Positions 50,323 through 61,468 of a stretch of DNA of 64,000 nt are shown here, piece by piece. The stretch lies in IMG/VR virus record IMGVR_UViG_3300014325_000010, positions 97,130 to 161,129 of that record; one strand, given 5' to 3'. The notes beneath the pieces were generated by a model. That model did not search any database, was not told the DNA's origin, and saw nothing but the letters and a program-made list of their open reading frames with translations. Position 1 is the first letter of the stretch; every line of letters begins with the position of its first letter. Origin of the DNA: a virus. The position numbers and the translations under genes were made by a program.

Positions 50323-50914
50323 ACCATTAGTTATCTTCGACTGTGATGGCACCATTATAGATTCAATGAGTCTTCTTACAGATCTAGCTGTAGATTTGAT
50401 TAGTATCGAGTACAAGATTAAACCAATAGAATCAAGAAAATTTTACCGATCAACAATAGGCATTCCATTTCGTAATCAACTCGAAGTTTTATTTCCTCAT
50501 CATGAAAGTAACTCGCGAGTCGCTGAACAGTATGAGAATAATCATCGAGCGATGGCACCAACCTTTGCTCTAGCAATTAATATTGAGTTGCTTTTTAAGG
50601 AACTCAATGATCGTGGCTATATGAAAGCGTTAGTCACGAGTACGGATTGGGTTATCTTACGTGATTGTTTACCACAAGTGAGAAGTCTAGGTTTTGATTT
50701 TCTCAGTGGTTATGGGACTGGAAACGATAAACTCGTGCAAATCGACAAATCTATTCGAGTGCTTGAAGCTGATCTCTCCAAAACTTTGTATGTAGGCGAT
50801 AGTCCCTTCGATAAGGAATGTGCAATTCTTAGCGGAATTCCCTTTGTCCAAGTTGAGACTCACAGTGTATACGACGAAGTAATGTTTGCTATTCAAAGAA
50901 TGGAATTCGCATGA
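50315..50914 (+). CDS. HAD-superfamily hydrolase
   Basis: Motif I VIFDCDGTIIDS; motif III-like YVGDSPFD. Confidence 0.55.
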   Translation: MNKPLVIFDCDGTIIDSMSLLTDLAVDLISIEYKIKPIESRKFYRSTIGIPFRNQLEVLFPHHESNSRVAEQYENNHRAMAPTFALAINIELLFKELNDRGYMKALVTSTDWVILRDCLPQVRSLGFDFLSGYGTGNDKLVQIDKSIRVLEADLSKTLYVGDSPFDKECAILSGIPFVQVETHSVYDEVMFAIQRMEFA

Positions 50915-51831
50915 TAATTAATGCGGTAGATCACTGGCCTTTATTTGAAGAGCTGATTCGTGGTGAACAAGAAGTTTACGGACCTGACTGTCAATTACAT
51001 TTATTGTTATCACTGGCACCAGAAGCAAGTGATGTTGAACGAGTATGGCTCGCGGGGACATATGGGGCACATCATTGTGTGCCATCAGCTTGGGCAGTTT
51101 GGCAGGCGTTTAGACCAGCAGAAGTTGTAAGAGAACCTGGTAAATTATTCGAGTGGTTACAGGAGAATTGGACCGCATTACCAGTTCGACCTGAAATGCG
51201 ATCACATAGAATGGTAGCTAAACGTCATCAGTGTTTGTATGATTTTGCAGTCTATGCACTTGGTGAAAGTTGGCGAACTGGGACTTATCAAGAAGTGTGG
51301 GAAGATGCTATAGAATCGGTTAAATACATGGGCAGGTACATGAATATTAAATATATGGAGTTACTCCGACGTATCGCTCGACCAGACATGGTTTTAAGCG
51401 ATATGCGAGCAAAAAATGGGTGGAGCCCGCGAATTGCACTCGGATTATTTTTTCCATCAGAAATAGCAAATATAATCGCTGATAAGAAAAATAACACACA
51501 AGAAGCAATAAATCTTACGGAAAAATGTGCTACCGAAGTTATTCAGCATTTAGCCGAACGAGGTATAACTGTTAGCTATTTTCAACTTCAAGTTGTTATG
51601 TGCAACATGCGGGAAGCACTTTTAGGGACATTCTATCCGGCAGCAGGTATGGATGAAGAGATGGATTATATCAAGATAGCAGAGACTAAATTTGATATGA
51701 GCCATGTATGGGAAACTCGGAAACGAATTTTTCCACATCAATACCTTGGTGAATTAAATGGTTGGTTTGGTTTAAGACAATCGAAATATCAAGAATGGAA
51801 AAATAAAGGCAGGGCAATAGGATTTGTATGA
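50911..51831 (+). CDS. hypothetical protein, paralogue A (pair with 52681-53595)
   Basis: HWPLFEELI...LAPEASDVERVWLAGTYGAHHCVPSAWAVW aligns with YWPLFESFI...LAPDVSDVEKMWLIGTYCAHHCVASAWAVY. Confidence 0.5.
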   Translation: MIINAVDHWPLFEELIRGEQEVYGPDCQLHLLLSLAPEASDVERVWLAGTYGAHHCVPSAWAVWQAFRPAEVVREPGKLFEWLQENWTALPVRPEMRSHRMVAKRHQCLYDFAVYALGESWRTGTYQEVWEDAIESVKYMGRYMNIKYMELLRRIARPDMVLSDMRAKNGWSPRIALGLFFPSEIANIIADKKNNTQEAINLTEKCATEVIQHLAERGITVSYFQLQVVMCNMREALLGTFYPAAGMDEEMDYIKIAETKFDMSHVWETRKRIFPHQYLGELNGWFGLRQSKYQEWKNKGRAIGFV

Positions 51832-52703
51832 GCAAAATAAAGAAGAATTATGAAAGATTCTTTGTGTATTATTTGTTAGATCCACGAGATAGTGGTATTC
51901 CTTTAGCTGGTGAGTATGCTTACGTCGGACAATGTGTAGATAGAGCGAAAAGACTTGAATTACACTATTATTCGATAGATTCTAATGATTCAGATAAAAG
52001 TTTATGGTTAGCAAATTTGCGGTTAAATAATGTAAAACCATTAATGTCTACAAGATGTATATTACAAACTGAAGAAGAAGCTCTCCGTATAGAAAACTCT
52101 TTAATTGATGTATTATTTTTTCGTGGAGTTAAAGTAACAAATAAAATGCCATGGCACAATTACGAACATAGTTTTTCACAAGAAACTTGTGAAAAACTAC
52201 GTTTAGCTGGATTAGGAAACCAACATTTATATGGGCATACGCATACAGAAGAATCTCGTGAACGAATGAGTCAATCTCAAATAGCTAGGCATGCAAGGGA
52301 AAGTGGATTATCCATAAAAGACTATCTCCAAGCAAAAGAGCAAGAAAGAATTAACAACGGTATAACCCAATTTGGAACACTAGAATATCGCGAAAAGATG
52401 CGGTTACAAGCACTTAAAAACAATGCTATACCGCCCTCTTGGCAAGGGAAGAAACATACAGATATAACTAAACATAAACAAAGTGTAGCAAATTGGCTAG
52501 TCAATCATCCAACTCCAGAATATCTTACAAAAAGAATTATTCAAGAACAAATTAAGTTAGATAAACTTTCCATTTCTCTAATAAAAACTCCAGATTCTAA
52601 GATACTCCCGGAAAGAATAGACAAGACAATAATTAAGATTGGTAAATTAAAAGAACAATTAGAAAATTTGGTAAAATCTAGTGGACTACTGGCCTCTATT
52701 TGA
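51828..52703 (+). CDS. GIY-YIG homing endonuclease-like protein with NUMOD3-like repeats
   Basis: FVYYLLD...YVGQ...R; GHTHTEESRERMSQS. Confidence 0.5.
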   Translation: MSKIKKNYERFFVYYLLDPRDSGIPLAGEYAYVGQCVDRAKRLELHYYSIDSNDSDKSLWLANLRLNNVKPLMSTRCILQTEEEALRIENSLIDVLFFRGVKVTNKMPWHNYEHSFSQETCEKLRLAGLGNQHLYGHTHTEESRERMSQSQIARHARESGLSIKDYLQAKEQERINNGITQFGTLEYREKMRLQALKNNAIPPSWQGKKHTDITKHKQSVANWLVNHPTPEYLTKRIIQEQIKLDKLSISLIKTPDSKILPERIDKTIIKIGKLKEQLENLVKSSGLLASI

Positions 52704-53595
52704 ATCTTTTATAATCGAGGAGTTAAAAGCTCATGGTCCCGATCCTCAACTACAATTGCTCCTCGAGTTAGCACCAGATGTTTCTGATGTAGAAAAGATG
52801 TGGTTGATTGGTACCTATTGCGCTCATCATTGTGTGGCATCAGCATGGGCAGTATATTTAAATTTTCGCCCAGACCAAGTTCTAAAAGATCCAAATTCTC
52901 TTTTAAGGTTCTTAGAAAGAAATTGGGCGGCACTTCCTGTTCGCCAAGAGATGCATTCGCATCGAATGCTCGAGAAGCGTTGGGCTTGTTTGATCGATGC
53001 GGCTATATATGCAACTGGGAAAAGCTGGCAAAACGGCTCTTACGAAAAGATATGGAATGATTTTATTGAATCTGTTAGCTTTTTCAATCGATATTTATGC
53101 ATAAAAGCGATTGAAATGATGCGACGAACGGTTCGGCCGGATCTAATCCTTTCAGACATTAGAGCACAAAAGGGATGGAGTCCACGAGCTATGATCGCTT
53201 TACTTTATCCAGAAGTTGCTGATACAGTTGGAAACAAACGAAACAACAGTTTTGAAACCGTGTGGTACGCGGAGGAATATGCCACAAGAATCCGTGAACG
53301 TTTAAAACTTCGAGGGATTGAACTCAGCTACTATCAGCTACAGGTTTTGCTTTGTAACAGCAAACAAATGATTGAAGGCCGTGTAGCTCCTGGTAGTGGA
53401 ATCGAAGCAGAGTTAAATTTCATTCGAACGGCTGAAAAGAATTTTACGATGTCTCATGTGTACGATACTCGAAAACGTATTTATGATCATCGCTATCTCA
53501 GTGAAGTGCCTGGTTGGCAAGGTTTACAGAAAGATCATTGGCGCAGAAAGGTAAAGGAATTACATGACGGAACTAACGCAGAAAATAATTTATGA
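52681..53595 (+). CDS. hypothetical protein, paralogue B (GTG start)
   Basis: Full-length similarity to 50911-51831. Confidence 0.45.
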   Translation: MDYWPLFESFIIEELKAHGPDPQLQLLLELAPDVSDVEKMWLIGTYCAHHCVASAWAVYLNFRPDQVLKDPNSLLRFLERNWAALPVRQEMHSHRMLEKRWACLIDAAIYATGKSWQNGSYEKIWNDFIESVSFFNRYLCIKAIEMMRRTVRPDLILSDIRAQKGWSPRAMIALLYPEVADTVGNKRNNSFETVWYAEEYATRIRERLKLRGIELSYYQLQVLLCNSKQMIEGRVAPGSGIEAELNFIRTAEKNFTMSHVYDTRKRIYDHRYLSEVPGWQGLQKDHWRRKVKELHDGTNAENNL

Positions 53596-53714
53596 CGAGA
53601 TCGAAGATATCGAATCAGATATCCGAACAGGTCTGTACGCAAATGCGACACCAAGAGCTCTTGTATTGCTTTGCAGAATATTCATGGAATATATCCAACT
53701 AGAAATGGATCAAC

Positions 53715-54716
53715 ATGGACAAGCTTAAGATTGGCCTTATTGGAACTGGTAGACTTGGCGCACTGTACGCGGATTATCTTGCCACTCGAATACCGCAAGC
53801 AGAACTCTTCGCGGTAGCTGGTCATCGAGCCGGAGAGATCGCTTCACAGTATGGCGTGACAGTTGCATCTAACGATCGACTTGGAGTTATCAATAATCAC
53901 CGGGTTGATGCATTTGTAATCTGTAGTTCTACGGATACTCACGTTCAATTTATTCGAGAAGCGTTTAGGGTCAAGAAACCTGTTTTTTGCGAAAAACCTC
54001 TTTGTCTTCGTTACGAAGACACTCAGGTTCTACTCGATGAGCAGAATGATACATATTTCCAACAAGGATTTATGCGTCGTTTTGACCCACACTATATCAC
54101 CGCAAAAACGCGAATTGAGGATGACGTAATTGGTCGTCCAGTTCTTTTCAAGTCTACTTCGAGGGACATGACAAGAACTTCAATTGAATATGCTAAGACC
54201 AGCGGTGGTCTTATCATTGACATGGGCATACACGATATTGATCTTGCCCGCTTCTTCGTCGGAGAGATTGACGATATTCATACAGTTGGCCGATGTCTTG
54301 TATTCCCAGAACTTGGTGAAATTGGTGACATTGATAATGCCATCATGACACTTCGGTTTAAGCAAGGCGCTCTCGGCGTAATTGACATCTCTCGAAACGC
54401 GTCCTATGGCTATGATGTCACCACAGAAATTCTTGGCACTAAAGGTGCTGTTCGAGTGGGATATCTTACTGACGTACACGTTCAAACAATGCTGTACGAT
54501 TCGCTAGCGCGACCTACGCTCAAATCATTCATGGATAGATTTGAGCAATCTTTCATTAATCAACTTGACAACTATGTGCGAAACGTGTTGGAAGGTAATC
54601 CTTCTCCAGTAACGTTGCGCGATGGAATTGAAGCGGTTCGATGGGCTGAAATAGCTCGTAAGCAAAGTGACAACCGACCAATAGAAAATACATTATTTGG
54701 CGCGCACAGAATATAG
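53715..54716 (+). CDS. Gfo/Idh/MocA-family NAD(P)-dependent oxidoreductase
   Basis: KIGLIGTGRLG and FCEKPL. Confidence 0.6.
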   Translation: MDKLKIGLIGTGRLGALYADYLATRIPQAELFAVAGHRAGEIASQYGVTVASNDRLGVINNHRVDAFVICSSTDTHVQFIREAFRVKKPVFCEKPLCLRYEDTQVLLDEQNDTYFQQGFMRRFDPHYITAKTRIEDDVIGRPVLFKSTSRDMTRTSIEYAKTSGGLIIDMGIHDIDLARFFVGEIDDIHTVGRCLVFPELGEIGDIDNAIMTLRFKQGALGVIDISRNASYGYDVTTEILGTKGAVRVGYLTDVHVQTMLYDSLARPTLKSFMDRFEQSFINQLDNYVRNVLEGNPSPVTLRDGIEAVRWAEIARKQSDNRPIENTLFGAHRI

Positions 54717-54924
54717 AGGTTAGAAATGAAAGAACACATTGTGATAATTGTGACTGTGTTATAACACCCTATCGGACCTGGTGTCAATTTACGTTAGACA
54801 ACGGATTAGACATTTCTTTAACCATAAATATTGAACATGGTGGGCATCCTCTACCAGAATATTGTAGAGATTGTTATAAACGAGTTCTAGTTAGGATGAT
54901 GTCTGAATTGGACAAGGATTAATA

Positions 54925-55689
54925 ATGAAAGACACAATAATCGTTATTCCAACAAAACGACCACCTCCAGTTCGAACATTGGGATCCTATCCCGTGCCAG
55001 AAGGATACCAAGCACTTATAATTTGTGGTCCAGACGTTTATGAATTTCATAGACAATACGACTACAAACCAGAAATTCAAATTGTTCTTGGACAGCATGG
55101 AATGGGCGCCCAAAGCGCTCTGTGTTATACTGAAGCTTTCAAAGCGGATTTTCCATACTTCTTTAGAATCGACGATGACTTAACTCCAAAAACGTTTATT
55201 CACAAGGATGGTCATTATCCAGATCTAGCCGAAGTCATCCCGTTAGTCCGTGAGTGTTTGGACATTACTCGGACGACACATGCAGGTTTTGCCAACGGTG
55301 CGAACCGCTACTGGATGAAGGAAGGGTTTGCAAGGACTTATGGTCTTATCCACGGCGGTGCTAATATTGCAAAATCAGCTGCAGACTCATCTCCATATAT
55401 GGACCCCTTATTAGTACGTGGTGAAGATATCTATCGGACCTGCGCTCATCGTAAGGAATCCGGAGCCGTGGGCCGTGTGCAATTCATTGGGTTTGATAAA
55501 CGTCAATCCACAATTACGGCTGGTCAAACCTCGATTAGCGCAACGCAAGAACAAATTTTGGCTTCGAGGGAGATGATTCTTACTCGATTTGAAGGCATGG
55601 TCACAGCTAACGGGACGCGTGAAATCAATTCAGGGAAAGATACGATCGTGAATTGGCGAATGAAACGATCAAAGTGGGATACCCGATGA
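54925..55689 (+). CDS. hypothetical protein (possibly glycosyltransferase-like)
   Basis: 254-aa ORF. Confidence 0.3.
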   Translation: MKDTIIVIPTKRPPPVRTLGSYPVPEGYQALIICGPDVYEFHRQYDYKPEIQIVLGQHGMGAQSALCYTEAFKADFPYFFRIDDDLTPKTFIHKDGHYPDLAEVIPLVRECLDITRTTHAGFANGANRYWMKEGFARTYGLIHGGANIAKSAADSSPYMDPLLVRGEDIYRTCAHRKESGAVGRVQFIGFDKRQSTITAGQTSISATQEQILASREMILTRFEGMVTANGTREINSGKDTIVNWRMKRSKWDTR

Positions 55690-56130
55690 AATCGTTATCG
55701 GATGATCAAATTATCATAATGCAAAAGCATCTTACTCTTCTCGAATTATACATTATGAGAAAGGATCACACACTTACTAAAGAACAATGCCGTAAAAGTA
55801 TTGAATGGATACGAAAGAAAATTGAATCAATTAAAGATTAGGAGCCGATTGAATTGATGTATTAAAATTCATCAATTCAATCAGAAACGTTATGCTTAAA
55901 ACTAGAGATGAAATCGACGATCTTATTACTATTGCTCAAAGTGATGACGTTCAACTTCATTTGAAACCAGGGTTTCAAACGGGATTTATTGCAAAAGCAG
56001 TTGATCAATGGGGTAGAACTCGTTACCTATCTGATCCTCAAATCGAGGTGCTTGAAGATATTGTTACGCGATATGTTCCAAGCAAGAAATCTGGTTCAGC
56101 ATTCAGTAAAAGACGGTATGAAGGATTGGA

Positions 56131-56505
56131 ATGACTAACTGGATTTTTCTCGCTCTAGCTACACCAAATTTGTTAATCACTCCTGGTGTGGTTAGACCAA
56201 TTTCACAGGAACAGATATGTAATACTAAGTGGAGTCGAGATGTCAGACACGTTTCTGTTAAAATGCGAAAGATAGTATTTGCTTCATATGGTATTCCATA
56301 TGAAGATCGCCGACTGTATGAAGTAGATCATTTAATCCCACGTGAACTTGGAGGAGCGGATAACGTTAAAAATCTATGGCCACAAATATGGTCGGAAGCT
56401 CGAATGATTAAAGACAAAGAAGAAAATAGGCTACACCGTGCAGTGTGCGCGGGAACAATTTCATTAGAAATAGCTCAAGAACAGATGAGACGATGGGGCA
56501 AATAA
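56131..56505 (+). CDS. HNH endonuclease
   Basis: EVDHLIPRELGGADNVKNLWP. Confidence 0.55.
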   Translation: MTNWIFLALATPNLLITPGVVRPISQEQICNTKWSRDVRHVSVKMRKIVFASYGIPYEDRRLYEVDHLIPRELGGADNVKNLWPQIWSEARMIKDKEENRLHRAVCAGTISLEIAQEQMRRWGK

Positions 56506-56762
56506 AATATTCCACCAAAGATATTAGAAGAACACATGAACTTGCTAAAGAATTAAACTGGGAAGTCAAAAGCGTTTCAATTGAAAAAGCAGCTGAGATA
56601 CTTAAACTGTCACGAAGATCTATTTACTTACGAATTGCAAGTGGGAAGTTGAATACAAAGAAAGCCATAAATTCACAAAGGGTGATATTAGATGAATTCT
56701 TTGAAGATGAATTAGAATTAGCAACTTCGCGGGTGAAAGAAATCCATAAGAGGAAACAATGA
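56493..56762 (+). CDS. small HTH DNA-binding protein
   Basis: AAEILKLSRRSIYLRIASGKL. Confidence 0.35.
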   Translation: MGQIKYSTKDIRRTHELAKELNWEVKSVSIEKAAEILKLSRRSIYLRIASGKLNTKKAINSQRVILDEFFEDELELATSRVKEIHKRKQ

Positions 56763-56975
56763 CTTTATCAGAACAATTAGCTGAACAGATTAAACTTTAT
56801 CCGGAAAAACATCGGCATGAAGATATAAACGAACTTATTTCGTGTTGCATGATAGAAGGTGCAGTTGACCTTACTTTGATGCAAGCACATCAAGATTATG
56901 TAGATTACGGAAGTAACGGTGGTGTGAAATGTGACATGGTTAAGGGACCATGCGCGTGTGGAGGTTGGCATTAAT

Positions 56976-57593
56976 ATGGGTCTTATTATCGGCTCGAAGC
57001 CACCAAAATCTTATCGCCTCGATAAGATGTTTTTCGAGACACCAGAACGATTCGCACGACAGGTTCCACCAAAGAATCCGTTTAACGCACACATGAAAGC
57101 GATCGCAACGAAATACAATGTAAAAAGTTGGTGCGAAGCAGGATGTGGTCGTGGAATCGATGTATTAGCTGCTCTTGATTGCGGACTCGACGCTTACGGA
57201 CTTGATGGATCAGAAGTTCTGCGAGCGTATGTTTTATTTCCAAAGGAACGATACTACACTGCTGATCTTACACAAGTTGTGTGTATTATGAGTGTCGACG
57301 CAATTGGTTGCCGCGAAGTTGCAGAACACACTCCTTTCGAGGCGAGTTTACAACTCGTTAAGAATATTGTGAGTAATTGTCGAGTGGCTTATTTCACCGC
57401 GGCGCCACCTGGACAAGCAGGTTCGGGGCATATTAATTGCCGACTTAAGTCTTTTTGGCTCAGCTTATTCGAGGAGTTTGGATGGGCAGTTGATGAAGAG
57501 ATCACGCAAATTGTGAGGGATAATTCTCCCTCGAATATTGACCGTAAGAGTGGTATGGTACTGTTTGGTAAACAGCGAGTGGATTTAAGATGA
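56976..57593 (+). CDS. class I SAM-dependent methyltransferase
   Basis: Motif I WCEAGCGRGIDVLAALDCGLDAYGLD. Confidence 0.5.
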   Translation: MGLIIGSKPPKSYRLDKMFFETPERFARQVPPKNPFNAHMKAIATKYNVKSWCEAGCGRGIDVLAALDCGLDAYGLDGSEVLRAYVLFPKERYYTADLTQVVCIMSVDAIGCREVAEHTPFEASLQLVKNIVSNCRVAYFTAAPPGQAGSGHINCRLKSFWLSLFEEFGWAVDEEITQIVRDNSPSNIDRKSGMVLFGKQRVDLR

Positions 57594-58211
57594 ATAGAGA
57601 AGCACTAGAAATTCTTGCTAAGCAAGACCCAATAGTAAGTGATTCAAGCGCAACAACAGCATTAAAAGGATATTCGCATTGTAAATTTTGTAATGCTGGA
57701 GGATTATTTAGTATATATCGTGGACGTGAATGGACTCACAACGAAAATTGTCCTTGGACACAAGCACTAGAAGAGTTAATCAGGATGAATGCAATTAGTC
57801 CGGATCTAAGCTAATGACTAAGGAGCAAAGATTTAGTCTTCGTAGACAAACGTTGTGTCGTATTGGAATACATTCTTGGTTACGCTATCAAGAATGTGTA
57901 AGAACCACTACTCATTATGATGATAAATTGAATAAGGAATTAGTTATTGGATTCAATATTTGTGAATGTTGTGCGAAAAGTAAATTGGTCCATATATTGG
58001 TGTGAGGTTATGTGATTACTTCTGAAGCACAAAGAGAAGCTGTTAAAGAATTAATCAATATCATTCAAGATGCCAAAGGAATCATGGCATGGACTTTAGG
58101 AAAGTCTTTTGCAAATGGTGAAGAATATTGGGTAAATCGAATTTCAGAATGGTTAATGCATGCAGATAATGACACATTAATTGATCTGCGTGAACGAACA
58201 GAGGGTAAGAT

Positions 58212-58961
58212 ATGAATTTTGTATGTATGGCCAGTGACGTTAATGAATGTCAAGTTTATTATGAAGAAGTTGATGAATCAACTTCTTCAGAACCCTCTGT
58301 CCGAGATCAGATTATTGGTATATGGGATATTGTTCACGCAGCCCAAAACCTTACTTTATGGAATCCCTTCAATAAAGGGAAAAGCAGCGTTCGGTCAATG
58401 CAAGATTTACGTGCTATGATCATGTATGCTTGTGAATATCCTAGTAGAAAAAAGAGGAATCCAATGAATGTTAATATGATGGTTTATCACTGGACTGCTA
58501 TTATTCGAGAGCTTTCGACAGCTCACGATAAGAATTCTCTCGATAAAGCAGAATTTGATATGGATGAGCATCTTACACCATTACTTACTGCTCCTGTAAA
58601 GCAGATACGTGAATTCTATAGCGAATTAGTTGAATCACTTAAGAGTGATTCAACGATCCCATTCTTTGTGTGGGCGTGGTTTGAATCTTGGGGCGAAGTC
58701 ATACTCAAACATGCAAAAGATACTGAAATCAAGGAACTGAAAACTTCGCTAGCAGCAGAAATTGCTGAACTAGTCGAGGAGGATGTTAAACCTGATCTCC
58801 GAAAAGCAATTGAAGGAGCACTAAAGTGGCGAGCCGAAGAAAATCTCGTGAAAATTCGAGATTCTGTTCGGAAAGGTGGTAAAGCTCGGATGGTTGGCAA
58901 AGAGTCTTGTTTATTTCTCGAAGTCCAACACGAAAACACTGTTGAGAGAATCATGTTATGA
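58212..58961 (+). CDS. hypothetical protein
   Basis: 249-aa ORF. Confidence 0.4.
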   Translation: MNFVCMASDVNECQVYYEEVDESTSSEPSVRDQIIGIWDIVHAAQNLTLWNPFNKGKSSVRSMQDLRAMIMYACEYPSRKKRNPMNVNMMVYHWTAIIRELSTAHDKNSLDKAEFDMDEHLTPLLTAPVKQIREFYSELVESLKSDSTIPFFVWAWFESWGEVILKHAKDTEIKELKTSLAAEIAELVEEDVKPDLRKAIEGALKWRAEENLVKIRDSVRKGGKARMVGKESCLFLEVQHENTVERIML

Positions 58962-59989
58962 AAAAACTACTTTTGAGTTTGGCAGTAATTTTGGTAAGTT
59001 CTGAACAGTTTGTCTTAGGACAAACTGTTCATCCTTGTGATACACCACAACCATTGATATTTTCGGTAGTTGGAACCACGTTACAAGCACAAATTTGTTG
59101 GAGTGGATTAGATACTTCTGTTCCGCCAGTTGCTATTCCAACAGCCACTTGGAATCTAGTATTAGACGGAGTAACTGCACCGATTACGATGACTAAAACC
59201 GGTGCAGCATCATCAACTGGTTTGTACCTATATCAAGGTAGTGTGAATCTTTCAGTTGGAACTCACATTGTCAACTTACAAGTAGTAGGTCCTTTGGTTA
59301 CTATTAATGGTAGTCAAACATCGAGTGGAATTGTGTCCCAATTAGCTGGGCCAATTACAGTTAATGTTGCTGCCACACAACCAAATTTAGCACCAACTAT
59401 AAATGCTGGTCCAAATATCAGTGCAAATAGTTTGACTACCACTCTATCAGGTATTGCAACTGATGATGGCCAACCATTAAGAGTATCTCCTGATGGTCTT
59501 CGTGTACCAGTTGCTACACGAATTATTGACCAAAATTTAGGTATCTGGACTTTAGGTGCCACAATTGGAAGTGGAAATTATCCCATTCTACTTAATGGTA
59601 CCCAAATCCCAGACACATTTGGTAAGCAAATTTTGTGGTATCAGGGAACAATTTATATCCAAGGTGATAATGTTACTCCTACATGGTATGTTTGGCATGG
59701 TACTATGTTTGAGTTATTTGGATCTGATCCTGGACCAACTACTGTACCACCAACTCCTCCACAAGTAGTAACAAATTGGACTTTAACAAGTGGTCCAGGG
59801 ACTGTAATGTTTTCTGCTCCAACTGCATTAACAACAAATGCAACATTTAGTGTTCCTGGGACATACATAGTTCGATTAACTGGGTCAGATGGAAGTTTAA
59901 GCTCTTTCGACGAATTAACAGTAACCGTTCCATCTGTCTCCCAACCAAAACCAACGGTTACGTTAATTGTTCCAACCAATGGGGGATGA
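58958..59989 (+). CDS. secreted Thr/Ser/Gly-rich protein with signal peptide (possible Ig-like or adhesin)
   Basis: MKKLLLSLAVILVSSEQ. Confidence 0.4.
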   Translation: MKKLLLSLAVILVSSEQFVLGQTVHPCDTPQPLIFSVVGTTLQAQICWSGLDTSVPPVAIPTATWNLVLDGVTAPITMTKTGAASSTGLYLYQGSVNLSVGTHIVNLQVVGPLVTINGSQTSSGIVSQLAGPITVNVAATQPNLAPTINAGPNISANSLTTTLSGIATDDGQPLRVSPDGLRVPVATRIIDQNLGIWTLGATIGSGNYPILLNGTQIPDTFGKQILWYQGTIYIQGDNVTPTWYVWHGTMFELFGSDPGPTTVPPTPPQVVTNWTLTSGPGTVMFSAPTALTTNATFSVPGTYIVRLTGSDGSLSSFDELTVTVPSVSQPKPTVTLIVPTNGG

Positions 59990-59990
59990 G

Positions 59991-60317
59991 ATGGTAGATA
60001 GGCTTTTCTGGCTTTCATTTGTTGGTAGCGACGGTAAGAACCGAGGATGCTGCATCGTCGAGGTCAATGCTGAAGAAGCATATTATGCTAAAATTGATTT
60101 AATCAAAAGATTTCCAAATCATTTAGCGGACGCAGAATGGATTGCAGCAGCTATCAGCAAAGCTCACAAACTGGGTTGTAACCCAGGTGGGGAAGTAACA
60201 TCTTATGATATTACTGGAGTGTTAACAGATAAGTCTGATTCTTCTTTAGCACTAAAATCAGCTCCGAGGCACGTGCTCATGCAACGAGAAGAGATGCAAA
60301 AGATGAAACTTGTTTGA
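59991..60317 (+). CDS. hypothetical protein
   Basis: RBS ggggga. Confidence 0.35.
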   Translation: MVDRLFWLSFVGSDGKNRGCCIVEVNAEEAYYAKIDLIKRFPNHLADAEWIAAAISKAHKLGCNPGGEVTSYDITGVLTDKSDSSLALKSAPRHVLMQREEMQKMKLV

Positions 60318-60366
60318 TTAACTTGATGCTAAGACATCAAGTTAATCGCGAAAGGTAGGTGTACTA

Positions 60367-60522
60367 TGGATCCTGTGTTGATTCTCCTAATTGTGCTATT
60401 GGTATTGTGGATTGGTGGTGTTGGTATTGGCTACACTGCCGGAGGTTTAATTCACGTATTGATAGTAGCGTTTCTTGTCATTGCTATTGTGAGACTTTGT
60501 CAGGGACAAAAAATTTTATGAT
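60367..60522 (+). CDS. small hydrophobic membrane protein (51 aa)
   Basis: MDPVLILLIVLLVLWIGGVGIGYTAGGLIHVLIVAFLVIAIV; more plausible than the junk N-terminus of ORF 60359. Confidence 0.35.
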
Positions 60523-60743
60523 TGAGACAATCAGTATTGCCGAACAACGAAAACTTACAAAACAACGACACGAACTATATCGAGAGGCCGCTCGAAGAAT
60601 CACAGGTGGTCATGTATCTAACGTAGCAACACCTGTGGAGAATATCGACGGTACTGGGGCATTTGTGGAAGTTGTGATCTGGGTACCAAATTCAGAAATA
60701 CAAGCAGAACCAGAAGAATAATCCTCTGGTTTCTTAATAATTT

Positions 60744-61466
60744 ATGCGGTTAGTTCATATTTACGGACTAGTTGACCCACTTGAGCCAGAACATATACGT
60801 TATGTAGGATTAGCTAAAGGAACAAATCGTGCATTAACTCACATGAGAGATGCCTACAAATATAAGAATGATTTTGTTAATACGCACAAGTTAAATTGGT
60901 GTAGAAAATTAGGATCAGAACGTCGCATGTATGAGGTAGTTATACTGGAACAATTTGATGAATTTGAAATTAAAGAATTGGGTTGGAACGAAAAATTGTG
61001 GATATTAGCTTGTAAAATAACGGGTCATAAATTAACAAATGCTACAATTGGTGGCGAAGGAGTTTTTCCACAATTATTCACACCCGAACGTAGAGCTGAA
61101 ATAGGTGCTCGTACCAAGAAGATGTGGGAAGATCCAGAATTTAAACAAAGACACATAGAACGAATGAGAGGAAATCAGAATCTAAAAGGAACTAAAGCTG
61201 CAGAAGAAACAAAATTAAAACAATCTAAAGCACATAAAGGACGTATTCAATCACAAGATGAAATTCAGAAAAGTGCCAATAGTCGAAGAGGTTTACAAAG
61301 AACTCCGGAACAACGTGCTAGAATGAGCGCTGCACAGCATAAAAGATATGAACGAATTGAAGAACGTGTTAAAAGCATGAATGCTGCCTACAGACGTATA
61401 GACGCAAATCCAGAGTATTTTATAGACCTTGCTGCAAAAGCTCGAGCTGCTAAATTCAAGGAGTAG
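60744..61466 (+). CDS. GIY-YIG homing endonuclease-like protein
   Basis: HIYGLVDP...IRYVGLAKG; basic NUMOD-like C-terminus. Confidence 0.5.
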   Translation: MRLVHIYGLVDPLEPEHIRYVGLAKGTNRALTHMRDAYKYKNDFVNTHKLNWCRKLGSERRMYEVVILEQFDEFEIKELGWNEKLWILACKITGHKLTNATIGGEGVFPQLFTPERRAEIGARTKKMWEDPEFKQRHIERMRGNQNLKGTKAAEETKLKQSKAHKGRIQSQDEIQKSANSRRGLQRTPEQRARMSAAQHKRYERIEERVKSMNAAYRRIDANPEYFIDLAAKARAAKFKE

Positions 61467-61468
61467 TT

